Shown piece by piece: positions 9,235 through 20,241 of a DNA stretch of 64,000 nt. Position 1 is the first letter of the stretch; every line of letters begins with the position of its first letter. The position numbers and the translations under genes are program-made. The DNA is from an uncultured Methanosarcinaceae archaeon (lineage in GTDB: Archaea > Halobacteriota > Methanosarcinia > Methanosarcinales > Methanosarcinaceae), in contig CAVSHT010000005.1 of NCBI GenBank assembly GCA_963727895.1, positions 256,001 through 320,000 of the forward strand, in the 5' to 3' direction. Below the pieces are notes generated by a model, which was not told where the DNA came from, did not search any database, and was given only the letters and a program-made list of their open reading frames with translations.

Positions 9235-11820
9235 ATGGAAACTGAATTAAAGTTCTTGGTACTGGATGAAGTAGACACTAAAGATTTTGAAAAACTATCT
9301 CAACTGGGAAGTTATTCCCTTTCCGAATCTTCAGTACAGCTTATTGAAGACACTTTTTTGGACACAAAAAAACTTGCTTTAATGGCTGAGGGTTATTTTC
9401 TACGGCTTCGGAAAGAGATGGAAAAAGAAGGACAATTCTTGACTCTCAAAAGCCTGGGGGGATTCGAAGATGGGGTACACAAGAGAGAAGAATATATCAG
9501 TTTCCTACCAGAAGGGGCTTCGGTATTTGAATATCCTGATGCCAGAATCAAGAATATGATTTTAGAACTTAGCTCGGGATTTAATCTACTTCCACTTCTG
9601 AAGCTCAAACAAAAAAGGATTTTACGCCAGGTGAAACTTGGGGAGAAAGATATAGCTGAATTTTCTCTAGACAACGTGAACCTTAAAAGTGGAAAGAAAG
9701 AAAAACTCTATAACGAAATTGAAATTGAATTAAAGACTGACGGAACCCATCCAGATTTGCAGGTTATTTCGGAATACCTGCTAGAAAATTACCAGCTTGT
9801 AAAAGATCCTTTTTCTAAATTTGAGAGAGCTCTTCTCTTCAAAGATAATCTGCCGGAAAAAACTCTTTTGAGCTTCAGGGAAAGAGCTTTTTGTTTGCAG
9901 CTTGCAGACCAGGAAGATATATATGGAAAACAGGCCAAAATTCTCCTTTCACTTGAAAATGGCTTAAATACGGCAGAAGTGAGCCTTTTCCTAAAAGTTC
10001 CTGAGCAAGAAATCGAGACTTTGTACTCTCTATTTGAAAAAGAAAGACTTTCCGTTTTTCCCTTTATATCTAAAAATTACGGGCTAAAAGAATTTCATTT
10101 CTATGCTGGACGCTACGCTCTGGGCAAAAAACCGGAAAATATTAACTTCAAAGAATGGACCCTTGAGACCCTTTTTGATCTCTATGGAGCAGATGAAAAG
10201 AAGGCAGAAAAAACTCGGAATAATGCACTTATACTTTTTGACGGACTTTTTTCTTATCACAGGTTAGGGCAGAAAGAGAGAAAAATACTAGGCTTTGCAG
10301 CTCTTCTCCAAGAGATCGGAAGCTTAGTTTTCCCAGAAGATAAATCCAGGATTGGTAAGGAAATTCTCCTGACCCATCCTCTAAAAGAATTAGAACTCTA
10401 CGAACTCAAGATGCTTGCTTTCATCATGGAGCTTCAGTCTCCCAAAATCGAAATAAAGAACCTTTCTTCATTTTTTGAAGAATCAAATATCATGTTACCT
10501 CCAGAAATCAAAAACAAAGCTCTTATTCTCGCTTCTTTTCTCCAGATCGCAGAAACTCTTGAAAACGGCAGCTGTAGACTCCTGCCAGATAGGATCAGGC
10601 AGGTAGAAGGAGCAGTTGAAGTAGAGATTTTTGGGCAGGATGCGGAAAAAGCAGTAAAAAGGGCAGAAAAGAGAGACGAGCTATGGGAGTATCTTTTTGG
10701 TACCAAACTCTCCTTCATATCTAAGAAAAAGATAGATGAAGCCGAAATAATTGAAAAGAGAATAGAGGAAATTAATGGAGAAAATGAAAAAAAGAACGAA
10801 AACAAAAAAGAGAATGAAAACCTGAAATTTGTAGTTAGACCTGAAGATTCAATGGCTATAGTAGCTCAGAGGGTTTTTTCCCGACAATTTGCTAGAATGC
10901 TTGCTCATGAGAAAGGAACTCGAAAGGGAAAAAGTATAGAAGACCTGCATGATATGAGGGTTGCAATTCGCAGGATGAGAGCTGCTGCAAAGGTTTTTGA
11001 AGAATACTTGGATTCTAAAAAGCTTAAACCTTACTTGGAAGGACTAAAAACTACTCTTTCGGCACTCAGTGATGTAAGAGACCTAGATGTCTTTCGGGAG
11101 AAAGCTGAAGAATATCTTAAAAAATTACCTACTGAAAATGAACATGATCTTGATCCCCTGTTTACAGTGCTTGCTGAAGAGAGGAAAAAAGCCCGTAAAA
11201 ACATGACCACTTATCTGAAAAGTGAAAGATACGCCAATTTCAAAAAGGACTTCTCAGACGTTCTTGCTGTTTCTGAATCTTGGGCTCTGCCCACAACAAC
11301 TACAAAACACGATGCTCTGCCACATAGAGTAAGAAATGTGCTTCCTTCTATCCTCTATGCCCGTTTCGCAGACATCGGTGCCTATTCCGAATGGGTAGAA
11401 GGGCCACATGTCTCTATAGAGAGGTTGCATAGGTTGAGAATTGCATCCAAAGGACTACGCTATACATTTGAGTTCTTTGGAGAAGTGTTAGGAAAGGAAG
11501 TAGATATAATGATCAAAGAAGTCACAGCTTTGCAGGATCATCTTGGAGACTTGCACGACGCTGTGGTTGCAGTAGACTTAATGGAGTCATATCTGCAAAC
11601 TGGAGACTGGAACCTTTCAGAAGGAAAAAAATATTCTGAAGAAAAGGAAGTTTCTGAAGGTCTTAAGGGAGTAGAAGCCTACAAGACATACAGGGAAGAA
11701 GAACTCCAGACATTACTCGATACTTTTCCGGAAGCCTGGGCAAAAGTTCAGAGTAATGAATTTAGAAAGAGAATTGAAAACGCAATAACAAATTTGTATC
11801 AAGAAACAACATCTTTATGA
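9235..11820 (+). CDS. CYTH + degenerate Ppx/GppA HD-like + CHAD domain protein (polyphosphate-associated)
   Basis: ETELKF (ExExK); AALLQEIG; CHAD motifs LHDMRVAIRRMRA, LHRLRIASKGLRY, LQDHLGDLHD. Confidence 0.88.
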   Translation: METELKFLVLDEVDTKDFEKLSQLGSYSLSESSVQLIEDTFLDTKKLALMAEGYFLRLRKEMEKEGQFLTLKSLGGFEDGVHKREEYISFLPEGASVFEYPDARIKNMILELSSGFNLLPLLKLKQKRILRQVKLGEKDIAEFSLDNVNLKSGKKEKLYNEIEIELKTDGTHPDLQVISEYLLENYQLVKDPFSKFERALLFKDNLPEKTLLSFRERAFCLQLADQEDIYGKQAKILLSLENGLNTAEVSLFLKVPEQEIETLYSLFEKERLSVFPFISKNYGLKEFHFYAGRYALGKKPENINFKEWTLETLFDLYGADEKKAEKTRNNALILFDGLFSYHRLGQKERKILGFAALLQEIGSLVFPEDKSRIGKEILLTHPLKELELYELKMLAFIMELQSPKIEIKNLSSFFEESNIMLPPEIKNKALILASFLQIAETLENGSCRLLPDRIRQVEGAVEVEIFGQDAEKAVKRAEKRDELWEYLFGTKLSFISKKKIDEAEIIEKRIEEINGENEKKNENKKENENLKFVVRPEDSMAIVAQRVFSRQFARMLAHEKGTRKGKSIEDLHDMRVAIRRMRAAAKVFEEYLDSKKLKPYLEGLKTTLSALSDVRDLDVFREKAEEYLKKLPTENEHDLDPLFTVLAEERKKARKNMTTYLKSERYANFKKDFSDVLAVSESWALPTTTTKHDALPHRVRNVLPSILYARFADIGAYSEWVEGPHVSIERLHRLRIASKGLRYTFEFFGEVLGKEVDIMIKEVTALQDHLGDLHDAVVAVDLMESYLQTGDWNLSEGKKYSEEKEVSEGLKGVEAYKTYREEELQTLLDTFPEAWAKVQSNEFRKRIENAITNLYQETTSL

Positions 11821-11872
11821 AGGAATGTATAAGTTATTTAGCCTGAAAATCCACTTGTTCTATCCTTTTAAT

Positions 11873-12612
11873 GGCATTGATACTTAAACATAGTTATATA
11901 CTATTAGAAAGTATATTTCTTCATGAACTGCCCCAGATGCAATAGTTCCAGTCACAAAAAGAACGGTATAGTTGGCGGGCGTCAACGGTACAAATGCTCT
12001 GATTGTGGCTATAACTATACAGTAGAGCTAAAATCAACTGATTTTTCCGCTTCTGTAAAAAGACAGGCTTTACAACTCTATCTTGAAGGATTGGGCTTTC
12101 GTTCAATAGGAAGATTTTTAGGGGTAAGTCATGTTTCTGTCCAAAAATGGATCAAGAAATTTGGTCAGGAGTTAGAGAACCTAAAAAGTGAAAGTGAGAT
12201 ATCTATTGTTGAAATGGATGAGATGCACACTTACATCGGTAACAAAAAAAATATTGCTGGATCTGGATTGCTGTTGATAGAGTTGGGAAAAAGTTTATCA
12301 ACTGCTCTTTTGGCAGCAGAGGAACGGAAACTGGAAAACTACTCTGGGAAAAAGTGAAGAAAAAATAGATTGGAGAAGTGATGACCGATCACTGGAGGGC
12401 ATATGCAGAGTTTCTTCCAGAAAAGATCCATACTCAATCAAAAGCAGAAACGTATACTGTTGAAGGATATTACAGCATATTGAGGCATTTCCTGGCAAGG
12501 TTGAGAAGAAAGACAAAGTGTTATACGAAGAGTCTTGAAATGCTAAAGTACTCGGTTATTCTATTGATGAAATAAAGAAATAAAGAGTTAATTATGTTTA
12601 GTTAACAATACC
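11873..12612 (+). mobile_element. IS1-family element, copy 1 (defective: TAG 12366, TAA 12573; no TSD)
   Basis: TIRs GGCATTGATAC / GTTAACAATACC; InsA zinc ribbon CPRC..CSDC; A8 slippery site; InsB TDHWRAY. Confidence 0.95.
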
Positions 12613-12646
12613 GTTTTCTGATATACAGTGGAATAAGCAAATAAAA

Positions 12647-13093
12647 ATGCAAAAACAAAATGTTGCTATTGGTTTTTATAAAGAAATAACAGAAATTGAA
12701 AACATTATTCGCCCAATTGCGAAATATTATGAAAGTAATCATGTAACAGTGGGTTCACCTACTTTGTTAGATTCGGTAATTCATGATACAAAAGTTAATT
12801 TAAACAAATTTAATTCATTCTATGATGAGAATGGTTTGTATTTTCATTTCCGAAAGGAAATTTATATTTTTGAAACAGATATAGTTAAAAGTATTTTAAT
12901 ATTTTATACAAACTTGCTTCAGGCAGACAAAGAGTATAAAATTTATATAACTTGTCTATATGGAATTAATTCTAAAAAAGGCCCAGATATTGATACTGCT
13001 TGGAATATCCAAGATGATTTCGTTAAGCATTTACTTATTTCTAATAAAGAAGCTTCGAATTTGATAAGTCTGCTTGAAAAATATGTTAAATGA
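12647..13093 (+). CDS. Hypothetical protein, very AT-rich, possibly 5'-truncated by IS1
   Basis: 148-codon ORF next to IS1 end; no recognised motif. Confidence 0.5.
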   Translation: MQKQNVAIGFYKEITEIENIIRPIAKYYESNHVTVGSPTLLDSVIHDTKVNLNKFNSFYDENGLYFHFRKEIYIFETDIVKSILIFYTNLLQADKEYKIYITCLYGINSKKGPDIDTAWNIQDDFVKHLLISNKEASNLISLLEKYVK

Positions 13094-13590
13094 TGTAACC
13101 AAGATTCAGGTTTGTCATCAAATAAGTATATTAAATTTATTGATCTTAGTCTTAAAATGGTTCAGTCTTGCAGAATGAACCTGTAAAGTGATAAGTGACA
13201 CTACTTTTTAAATTTTTATTAATTTTGATTTTCTTCTAAATATTGAGGATTTCTACAGGGCCTATAATAATGAGAGAATAATCAGAATCAATATTATCAG
13301 ATACAATTCTTGAAGACCTGGAGATCAATAGGGATATGCTTCTCATACTGTTTGATATCAGATATTGAAGATACTTATCTCAAGACGAGTTTAGAAAGAT
13401 AGCAAACAGCTCTTCTCTTCCAAAAAATGGAATAAAAATGATTTCACAGAAATTATAATATATAATTGTGAAGAATATAGTTCCGTAAATTATTTTTGAG
13501 GAACCTTTTGTGATTATAAATCAGGAATAGGCAAAATATCTAAAATTATGTAGAATGTGAGTAGAAGGAAGATTAAAGTAGGTACAAAAA

Positions 13591-16140
13591 ATGGGGACAG
13601 AATTCGATCCTGAAAATATAATTGGACTTTCTGGAGAAGAGGCTTCTGAAATACTCAAAAAAGAAGGTTATAATGAATTACCTTCACAAAAGAAACAGAG
13701 CCTTTTTTCCATCTTACTGAATGTTCTTAAAGAACCTATGCTGCTCCTTCTTTTAGGCGCAGGTCTGATTTATTTGATTTTAGGGGAAGTAAAAGACGCT
13801 CTGATACTGCTATTGTTTGTTTTTGTGGTTATGGGTATAACGTTTAACCAGGAGCGAAAGACTGAGAGAGCATTAGAGGCTTTGAGGGATCTTTCAAGTC
13901 CAAGAGCTCTTGTAATAAGAGATGGAAAACAGAAGAGAATTCCAGGACGAGAAGTCGTTAAAGGCGACATTATGATATTAAGGGAAGGAGATCGTATCCC
14001 AGCAGATGGTGTTGTCCTTTTCTGTACAAATCTTCTGGTAGATGAATCTCTCCTTACAGGTGAATCCCTTGCAGTTCGAAAATCCGAATCTAATGGCATA
14101 ATTCAGGCTTTAAGTCTCGAACAGCCCGGAGGAGACGATACTCCATTTGTATATTCAGGGGCAATGGTGATTCAGGGACAGGGAGTAGCTCAGGCAATCT
14201 CTACAGGTATACACACCGAAATGGGAAAAATCGGAAAAGCTCTGGGGACAATTGCTGAAGAAGAGTCTCTGCTTAAGAAAGAAACTGCCTTAATTATAAA
14301 GAATTTTGCTATTTTTGGAGGAATATTATGCTTACTTGTTGTGGTAGTTTACGGATTAACAAAAGGAGATTGGCTGCATGGATTGTTAGCAGGACTGAGT
14401 TTAAGCATGGCTCTTCTTCCGGAAGAATTCTCAGTCGTTTTACTTGTATTCCTGAGCATGGGTGCCTGGCGCCTATCTAAAAGAAATGTTCTGGTGCGGC
14501 GTATGCCCGCTATTGAGACTCTTGGTTCTTCAACTGTGCTATGTGTGGATAAAACAGGGACTTTGACACAGAACAGGATGATTTTAAGCACTCTGTATTC
14601 AGGAAACGAGTATTGTGAGATTAATAAAAGTGAATGCCTTTTTGAGAACTTCCGTGAACTGCTTGAATTTGGATATCTGGCAAGTTTGCAGGATCCTTTT
14701 GATCCACTTGAGAAAGAGATCAAAAAAAGCACTAAAAAATTCCTTCCAGACCATGAAGACATACATCGTGAATGGAAACTTGTCCGAGAGTACCCTCTTT
14801 CTAAAAACCTACTTGCGATTTCAAATGTATGGGAATCAAATGATTCCCGTAAATATGTTATCGCTGTAAAAGGTGCTCCTGAAGCTATTATTGATTTATG
14901 TCATCTAAATGAGTCCGAGAAAAATGAATTACAGTTTCATATTCAGGAAATGGCAAATAAAGGTTTGAGACTTCTTGGCGTAGCTAAAGCAAGCTTTCAG
15001 GAAGATTCATTGCCTGAACAACAGCATGATTTTGAATTTGAATTTATAGGATTGCTTGGTTTTGTTGATCCTGTTCGTCCATCGGTTGCCCAATCAGTAA
15101 AAGAATGCTATGCTGCAGGTATAAGGGTAATCATGATTACAGGAGATTATCCAGGCACAGCCCAGCATATCGCAAGACAGATCGGTTTAAAAAATACTGA
15201 TAAATATATTGCTGGTCCTGAGCTTGCCAGTATGGATCAAAAGGAGCTTACAGAAAAAATTAAAACAACAAATATATTCGCTCGAGTAATACCTGAACAA
15301 AAACTTGCAATTGTAAATGCTTTGAAATCAAATGGAGAAGTTGTTGCGATGACAGGAGACGGTGTTAACGATGCCCCTGCCCTAAAATCCGCCCATATCG
15401 GAATTGCAATGGGAGAAAGGGGCACTGATGTAGCTCGTGAGTCCGCATCGATTGTCCTCTTAAACGATGATTTCTTTTCTATAGTTGCAGCCGTCAGGCT
15501 TGGGAGGAGGATTTTCGAAAATCTCAAGAAAGCAATAGGTTATATATTTTCAGTCCACCTGCCTATTGCAGGACTTGCGGTTTTTCCGATATTATTTAAT
15601 TTACCTCTTGTCCTTTTGCCTGCTCACATAGCATTTCTGGAATTGATAATTGATCCTGCCTGTTCAACAGTCTTTGAGGCTGAACCTGAAGAGAAAAATA
15701 TAATGAACAGACCACCTCGAAATTTACAGGAAAGAATGTTCGGAAGAAAAAACCTGGTCCTTAGTCTGGTACAGGGGATAAGCATGCTTGTAGGAGTAAT
15801 TGCTGTTTTCCTGTATGCATTACATATGGGCAAAGGCGAAGTAGATGCGCGTACACTTACATTTGCCACACTAGTAATTTCCAACCTTACTTTAATCGTA
15901 GCAAATCTTTCCTGGTCACAGAGCATAATAAAAACACTGTTTTCTGAGAACAAGGCTTTAAGATATGTGCTTGCAGGATCACTTTCAGGTTTATTTCTGG
16001 TTCTTTATTTTCCAGCTTTGAGAAGCTTATTCCGTTTCTCATTACTGCACGGTGACGATCTGATTATCGTATTCGTTGTGGGAACTCTAAGTATTGTATG
16101 GCTCAGATTACTTAAAAGCACGATATACAATAATATTTAA
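13591..16140 (+). CDS. Cation-translocating P-type ATPase (type II, Ca2+-like)
   Basis: TGES, PEE, DKTGTLT, KGAPE, MITGD, TGDGVNDAPAL. Confidence 0.95.
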   Translation: MGTEFDPENIIGLSGEEASEILKKEGYNELPSQKKQSLFSILLNVLKEPMLLLLLGAGLIYLILGEVKDALILLLFVFVVMGITFNQERKTERALEALRDLSSPRALVIRDGKQKRIPGREVVKGDIMILREGDRIPADGVVLFCTNLLVDESLLTGESLAVRKSESNGIIQALSLEQPGGDDTPFVYSGAMVIQGQGVAQAISTGIHTEMGKIGKALGTIAEEESLLKKETALIIKNFAIFGGILCLLVVVVYGLTKGDWLHGLLAGLSLSMALLPEEFSVVLLVFLSMGAWRLSKRNVLVRRMPAIETLGSSTVLCVDKTGTLTQNRMILSTLYSGNEYCEINKSECLFENFRELLEFGYLASLQDPFDPLEKEIKKSTKKFLPDHEDIHREWKLVREYPLSKNLLAISNVWESNDSRKYVIAVKGAPEAIIDLCHLNESEKNELQFHIQEMANKGLRLLGVAKASFQEDSLPEQQHDFEFEFIGLLGFVDPVRPSVAQSVKECYAAGIRVIMITGDYPGTAQHIARQIGLKNTDKYIAGPELASMDQKELTEKIKTTNIFARVIPEQKLAIVNALKSNGEVVAMTGDGVNDAPALKSAHIGIAMGERGTDVARESASIVLLNDDFFSIVAAVRLGRRIFENLKKAIGYIFSVHLPIAGLAVFPILFNLPLVLLPAHIAFLELIIDPACSTVFEAEPEEKNIMNRPPRNLQERMFGRKNLVLSLVQGISMLVGVIAVFLYALHMGKGEVDARTLTFATLVISNLTLIVANLSWSQSIIKTLFSENKALRYVLAGSLSGLFLVLYFPALRSLFRFSLLHGDDLIIVFVVGTLSIVWLRLLKSTIYNNI

Positions 16141-16190
16141 CGTTTTTTGGTAATATATCACTTTATAAAACTTATTTTTTGGCTACTAAA

Positions 16191-16230
16191 AATAAGCTTA
16201 AATCGGCTTTAATAAGCTTAAATCGGCTTT
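16191..16230. repeat. 20-bp perfect tandem duplication
   Basis: (AATAAGCTTAAATCGGCTTT)x2. Confidence 0.9.
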
Positions 16231-16521
16231 GTATAAATTTTCTAAAATCTATTTTTCCCAAAGCGTTATAAAAAGGACTATTAAAATTGCTCCTAGTTTT
16301 TTGTGGGAACAAAAAATAAGAAGTATTTTTATAATTTTATTTTTAGAGGCCATCCCCAACAACTTTATTCTCTAAATCATAAAATTTTCAGTATTACTTT
16401 CATTATCTGAAGCTCAAGTGATGATTGCAAATTCAAGACCTAAATAAGCTATTTTGAGTTTTGGGATCAGCTCTTATAATTATTTGGGCAAAAACAGAAA
16501 TTAGAGCATTTTTACAAAGCC
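16225..16521. mobile_element. Putative MITE with GGCTTTGTA(T/A)AAAT TIRs containing a nested MITE
   Basis: GGCTTTGTATAAAT ... ATTTTTACAAAGCC; right ~40 bp similar to 41255-41293. Confidence 0.55.
16346..16473. mobile_element. ~128-bp MITE (GAGCC/TATCCCAAAA family), homologous to 51816-51945
   Basis: Imperfect TIRs GAGGCCATCCCCAA / TTTTGGGATCAGCTC flanked by TTA; internal blocks AAAACTCAAAAT, GCTTATT, AGAATAAAGT shared with 51816 copy. Confidence 0.7.
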
Positions 16522-16595
16522 TTTTCTTCTACAAGAAATGTTCAATTTAGGTGATTATTTGGGTAAAGATAAAATCATCGACACTTTACTTTTAT

Positions 16596-16925
16596 TTAGC
16601 AAAATTGTGCCCAGTATCGATAAGCTTTGAGGTAACTTCTCCATAGTACGAAATCATTCCATTCTTCAAGATCTATTTCTCCTGCTCTCAAATAAAGCTT
16701 ATTCTGAAAAGCTGAAAAATCCATCTTATATTTTTGTTTCATTGTGACTATCTTTTTTCCATAGTAGTCAGTTTTTATTTCAGCTTTATTATGAACAAAT
16801 CCCTGTAAAACTTTTTGTTCTTCTTGATATATGCTGATTTTGGCCATGCTATCTAGAGGCTCTAACAGTTTCCCAGAAATTTTTATGGATTGACTGTATT
16901 CAACAATATCTCCCAAGATTACCAC
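16596..16925 (-). CDS. Hypothetical protein (antitoxin-like C-terminus possible)
   Basis: 109-codon ORF ending KYKMDFSAF...EEWNDFVLW. Confidence 0.5.
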   Translation of the reverse strand: MVILGDIVEYSQSIKISGKLLEPLDSMAKISIYQEEQKVLQGFVHNKAEIKTDYYGKKIVTMKQKYKMDFSAFQNKLYLRAGEIDLEEWNDFVLWRSYLKAYRYWAQFC

Positions 16926-17584
16926 CTATTATTGCTCTATCCGACCCATTTTTATGTATTTGTGTGCTTGCTCATTTTTAAGTAAAACTTATTGAAGGTT
17001 CAAAAAAGATAGAAACTAGAAAATCTTCCTTATTTATACCAACATAAGTATATTTCATACACTGTAGTTTACTAAGGTTATGTCTCCAAAAATTTATAAA
17101 GTTTGTGGAAAATTTAGAGAGTTTCGTGGAAAATGTGACAATCTGATTATATTGGAAAAAATAATATCCGAACTATTTTGTGATTTAATGTAAAAACATG
17201 GATGAACACAATAAATGAACAACATGCATTAAATTAAAGATAAAAGTTATTACCTGAGAAAAATTGACTTAATTACAAAATTAAAAAATAGAAATAGACA
17301 TAGTGGATTATGTACTATTACTCCTTTCTTTTCAGTCTAATGAAGCTAGTATAGATAGGTTTTCTACAAAGACTAATTCGATTGTTCCTGATTCTTTTGA
17401 TATTAGATAGAAACCAAGTTATTTTAACAATTTTGATATTACAAATCAATTAAATAACAATAAAATCTATATCCTAACAACTCGGGTTCAATAAAGCCAG
17501 AAATTAATAAAACCAGAGAGAACTAAATTTATTCTCTTCTCAGTTTTTCTTATTGCAATCTTTATTTTACTCTATATTTTTTCG

Positions 17585-18709
17585 TTATTTCCTTGTTCGC
17601 AAGTTTTTCTTTCTTTCAGTTTCTCTTTTCTCTTTTTGTTGACCCAGATTTTTCGTTATTATTTCGCTTGTTGGCTTTTTCTTTGTCCAGACGCTTTCTC
17701 TCATTTTTGGCTTCTCTTCTTCCGTTTTTTCTCCATCATCTTCATCAAAATTAAATCCAAGTTTAGAGTTTACGGAAGCTCTAGCTTTTTTAACATCTAT
17801 ATTATCCGGATTGAGCCTAATGGCTCTTTCAAGGGCTCCAAGGGCTTCTTCATTCTTTTCCATGTGAGAAAGAGCCATTCCCTTACAGTACCAGGCTTCA
17901 GATGAATCAGGCTTTATAGAAATTGCTTTGCTGCAGAACTCAAGGGCTTTTCTGGATTTGCCTAGTTTGAGATGGACAAAACCTTTTCCTATCCAGGTTT
18001 TTGCATTGTTGGGATTTATTTTGAGGGCGGCATCATAAGCTATCATAGCTTCCACAGGCCTGTTAAGGCTATAAAGGGCAAAGGCTTTATCCTCCAGGGC
18101 CCTTGAAAGATTTGGGTTAAGCTTAATAGAAGTTTCATAAGCTTTGATTGCTTCTTCATACTTACCCATATCTGCAAAGACAAAACCTTTGGAGTGCCAA
18201 GCACTTGCGAGTTTAGGATTTATAGAAAGGGCTTTCTCAGAGGCTGCAAGAGCTTTTTCATGCTTATTCAGCCTGCAAAGTACTGATGTTCTAAGATTCC
18301 AGGCTTTATCATTATCAGGCTGAATTTCAAGCAGCCTGTCAAAAGTTTGAATGGCAGCTTCATCTCTGTTGAGTCGTAGGAGAACAAAACTTTTTTCATA
18401 AAGATAACGAGGGTTTTCAGAATCAATCTCAAGTGCTTTTTCAAAGTTGTTCAAAGATTCCTTATACATTTTATGCTTCAATAAAACCGAGGCTTTTCCA
18501 GCCCATGCAGATGCATTATCAGGATTTTCTTCAATAACTTTTTCATAACGTTTGAGAGATTTATTCAGGCGGTCATAGGCGGTCTCAATGACTTCCTTGG
18601 TCTTGCTTCTTTTATCTTTTTTTCCGGTCCCATCTAGCTTGCTTTTCTTGTTTTTTCTGCCTAAGTTTTCTGTTTGTCTGTGTCTATTTTCTTTGAGATC
18701 TTTTGCCAT
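17585..18709 (-). CDS. Tetratricopeptide-repeat protein with Lys-rich termini
   Basis: Repeated 34-aa units (AW..KG..L..Y.EA....AL.INP). Confidence 0.9.
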   Translation of the reverse strand: MAKDLKENRHRQTENLGRKNKKSKLDGTGKKDKRSKTKEVIETAYDRLNKSLKRYEKVIEENPDNASAWAGKASVLLKHKMYKESLNNFEKALEIDSENPRYLYEKSFVLLRLNRDEAAIQTFDRLLEIQPDNDKAWNLRTSVLCRLNKHEKALAASEKALSINPKLASAWHSKGFVFADMGKYEEAIKAYETSIKLNPNLSRALEDKAFALYSLNRPVEAMIAYDAALKINPNNAKTWIGKGFVHLKLGKSRKALEFCSKAISIKPDSSEAWYCKGMALSHMEKNEEALGALERAIRLNPDNIDVKKARASVNSKLGFNFDEDDGEKTEEEKPKMRESVWTKKKPTSEIITKNLGQQKEKRETERKKNLRTRK

Positions 18710-19116
18710 AGTATCAGTCCATGTAACCAGGTTTAGAGTAATGATTATTTATAAAGAGAATTCAATACACTCCCCTCACTCTATATAGTATTATACTCTC
18801 TAGAGAATCTTATTTCAAACTCTGTTCTTTTATTTCAAGCTGATCCTGTTAATTCAAGTTCAAAGTGCTAAATTTTAAAGTGCTGAATTGATCTGATTTT
18901 ATTAGTATAAAGAGGAGACATGAATCTAGTTTAATGGTAAATTCAAGAGTCCCTATAGAGTATTCTATATTTTTATAGAAAATCCCTCTATTTTCATTTA
19001 TATCTCATTTGACTTGAGGGATATAATTATCTCTCAAATTTGTCATTGACAAATAAGATGAAAAAGACTGGTTAGAAGTTACCTTATTGTAACACTTTAC
19101 CATATGGCAGTGGAGG

Positions 19117-20193
19117 TTGTTTAATTTGGAAAAAACAAAAATACTGGAAAACGTTTTCAATATCCTTCTTCTCTTTATACCGCTAAGCTTGTTTGCAGAA
19201 TATATGAATTTTTCTCCTATAGTCATTTTTATTCTAGCTTCACTTGCGATCATACCTCTTGCTAAATTTATCGGTAAATCAACAGAGGAAATTTCAGGGT
19301 ATACAGGTCCAGCGTTGGGTGGGTTATTAAATGCTACCTTCGGGAACGCAACAGAATTAATCATAAGCATTTTTTCTCTGCAAGCAGGACTTACTGAAAT
19401 GGTAAAAGCATCTATTACAGGTTCCATTATTGGAAATCTGCTTTTGATTTTGGGAACGGCGTTTTTCTTTGGAGGTCTCGGTAAAGATGAACAGGAGTTT
19501 AATACGATAGCAGCAAGGACAAGTGCCTCCACTCTGATTCTTGCAACTGCCGCTATTGTCATGCCAGCCGTTTTCGTTCTGACTTCCGAAAATCCTTCTG
19601 CTATAACTATCGAAACGTTGAGCATAGCAGTTTCAGTTATTATGGCAGTGTCTTATATTGCGAGTTTACTTTTCTCGCTTCATACCCACAAGCATTTATA
19701 TACTGCCGATACTACTGAGTGCAGTTCCAATAATTGGAGCGTCAAAAAATCTGTTGTGGTGCTTCTTGTATCAACCAGTGCAGTTGCTGTTATGAGTGAA
19801 ATTCTGGTTGGCTCAATAGAACCACTGGCTCAAAGCCTTGGCTGGACTGAGCTATTTATTGGCATGATTTTCATAGCAATTATTGGAAACGCTGCAGAAC
19901 ATGTATCAGCTATCACAATCGCCATTAAAGGGCGAATGGACCTAGCACTTCAAATAGCAATTGGATCTACAACTCAAGTAGCTATGTTTGTCGTGCCTGT
20001 CCTGGTGTTTACAAGTTATTTCTTCAAGACACCAATGAACCTAATTTTCAATACTTTTGAAATTGCTGCTATAGTCTCTGCTGTCATAATGGTTAAATCC
20101 ATTATCGAAGACGGTAAAAGTAATTGGTTTGAAGGATTACAACTTCTAGGGACATATGGAATAATGATTGTCGTCTCATTCCTTCATCCATAA
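19117..20193 (+). CDS. cax: Calcium/proton exchanger (CAX/ChaA)
   Basis: GGLLNATFGNATE and IIGNAAEH repeats. Confidence 0.93.
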   Translation: MFNLEKTKILENVFNILLLFIPLSLFAEYMNFSPIVIFILASLAIIPLAKFIGKSTEEISGYTGPALGGLLNATFGNATELIISIFSLQAGLTEMVKASITGSIIGNLLLILGTAFFFGGLGKDEQEFNTIAARTSASTLILATAAIVMPAVFVLTSENPSAITIETLSIAVSVIMAVSYIASLLFSLHTHKHLYTADTTECSSNNWSVKKSVVVLLVSTSAVAVMSEILVGSIEPLAQSLGWTELFIGMIFIAIIGNAAEHVSAITIAIKGRMDLALQIAIGSTTQVAMFVVPVLVFTSYFFKTPMNLIFNTFEIAAIVSAVIMVKSIIEDGKSNWFEGLQLLGTYGIMIVVSFLHP

Positions 20194-20241
20194 ATTTAAA
20201 ATAAAATTAAATTATGACAATGTTAAATTATGATAATGTTC

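Noticed and set aside
19005..19625. Long antisense ORFs (also 30567-31073, 54250-54849 and similar)
   Set aside because: Shadow frames of well-supported genes on the other strand.
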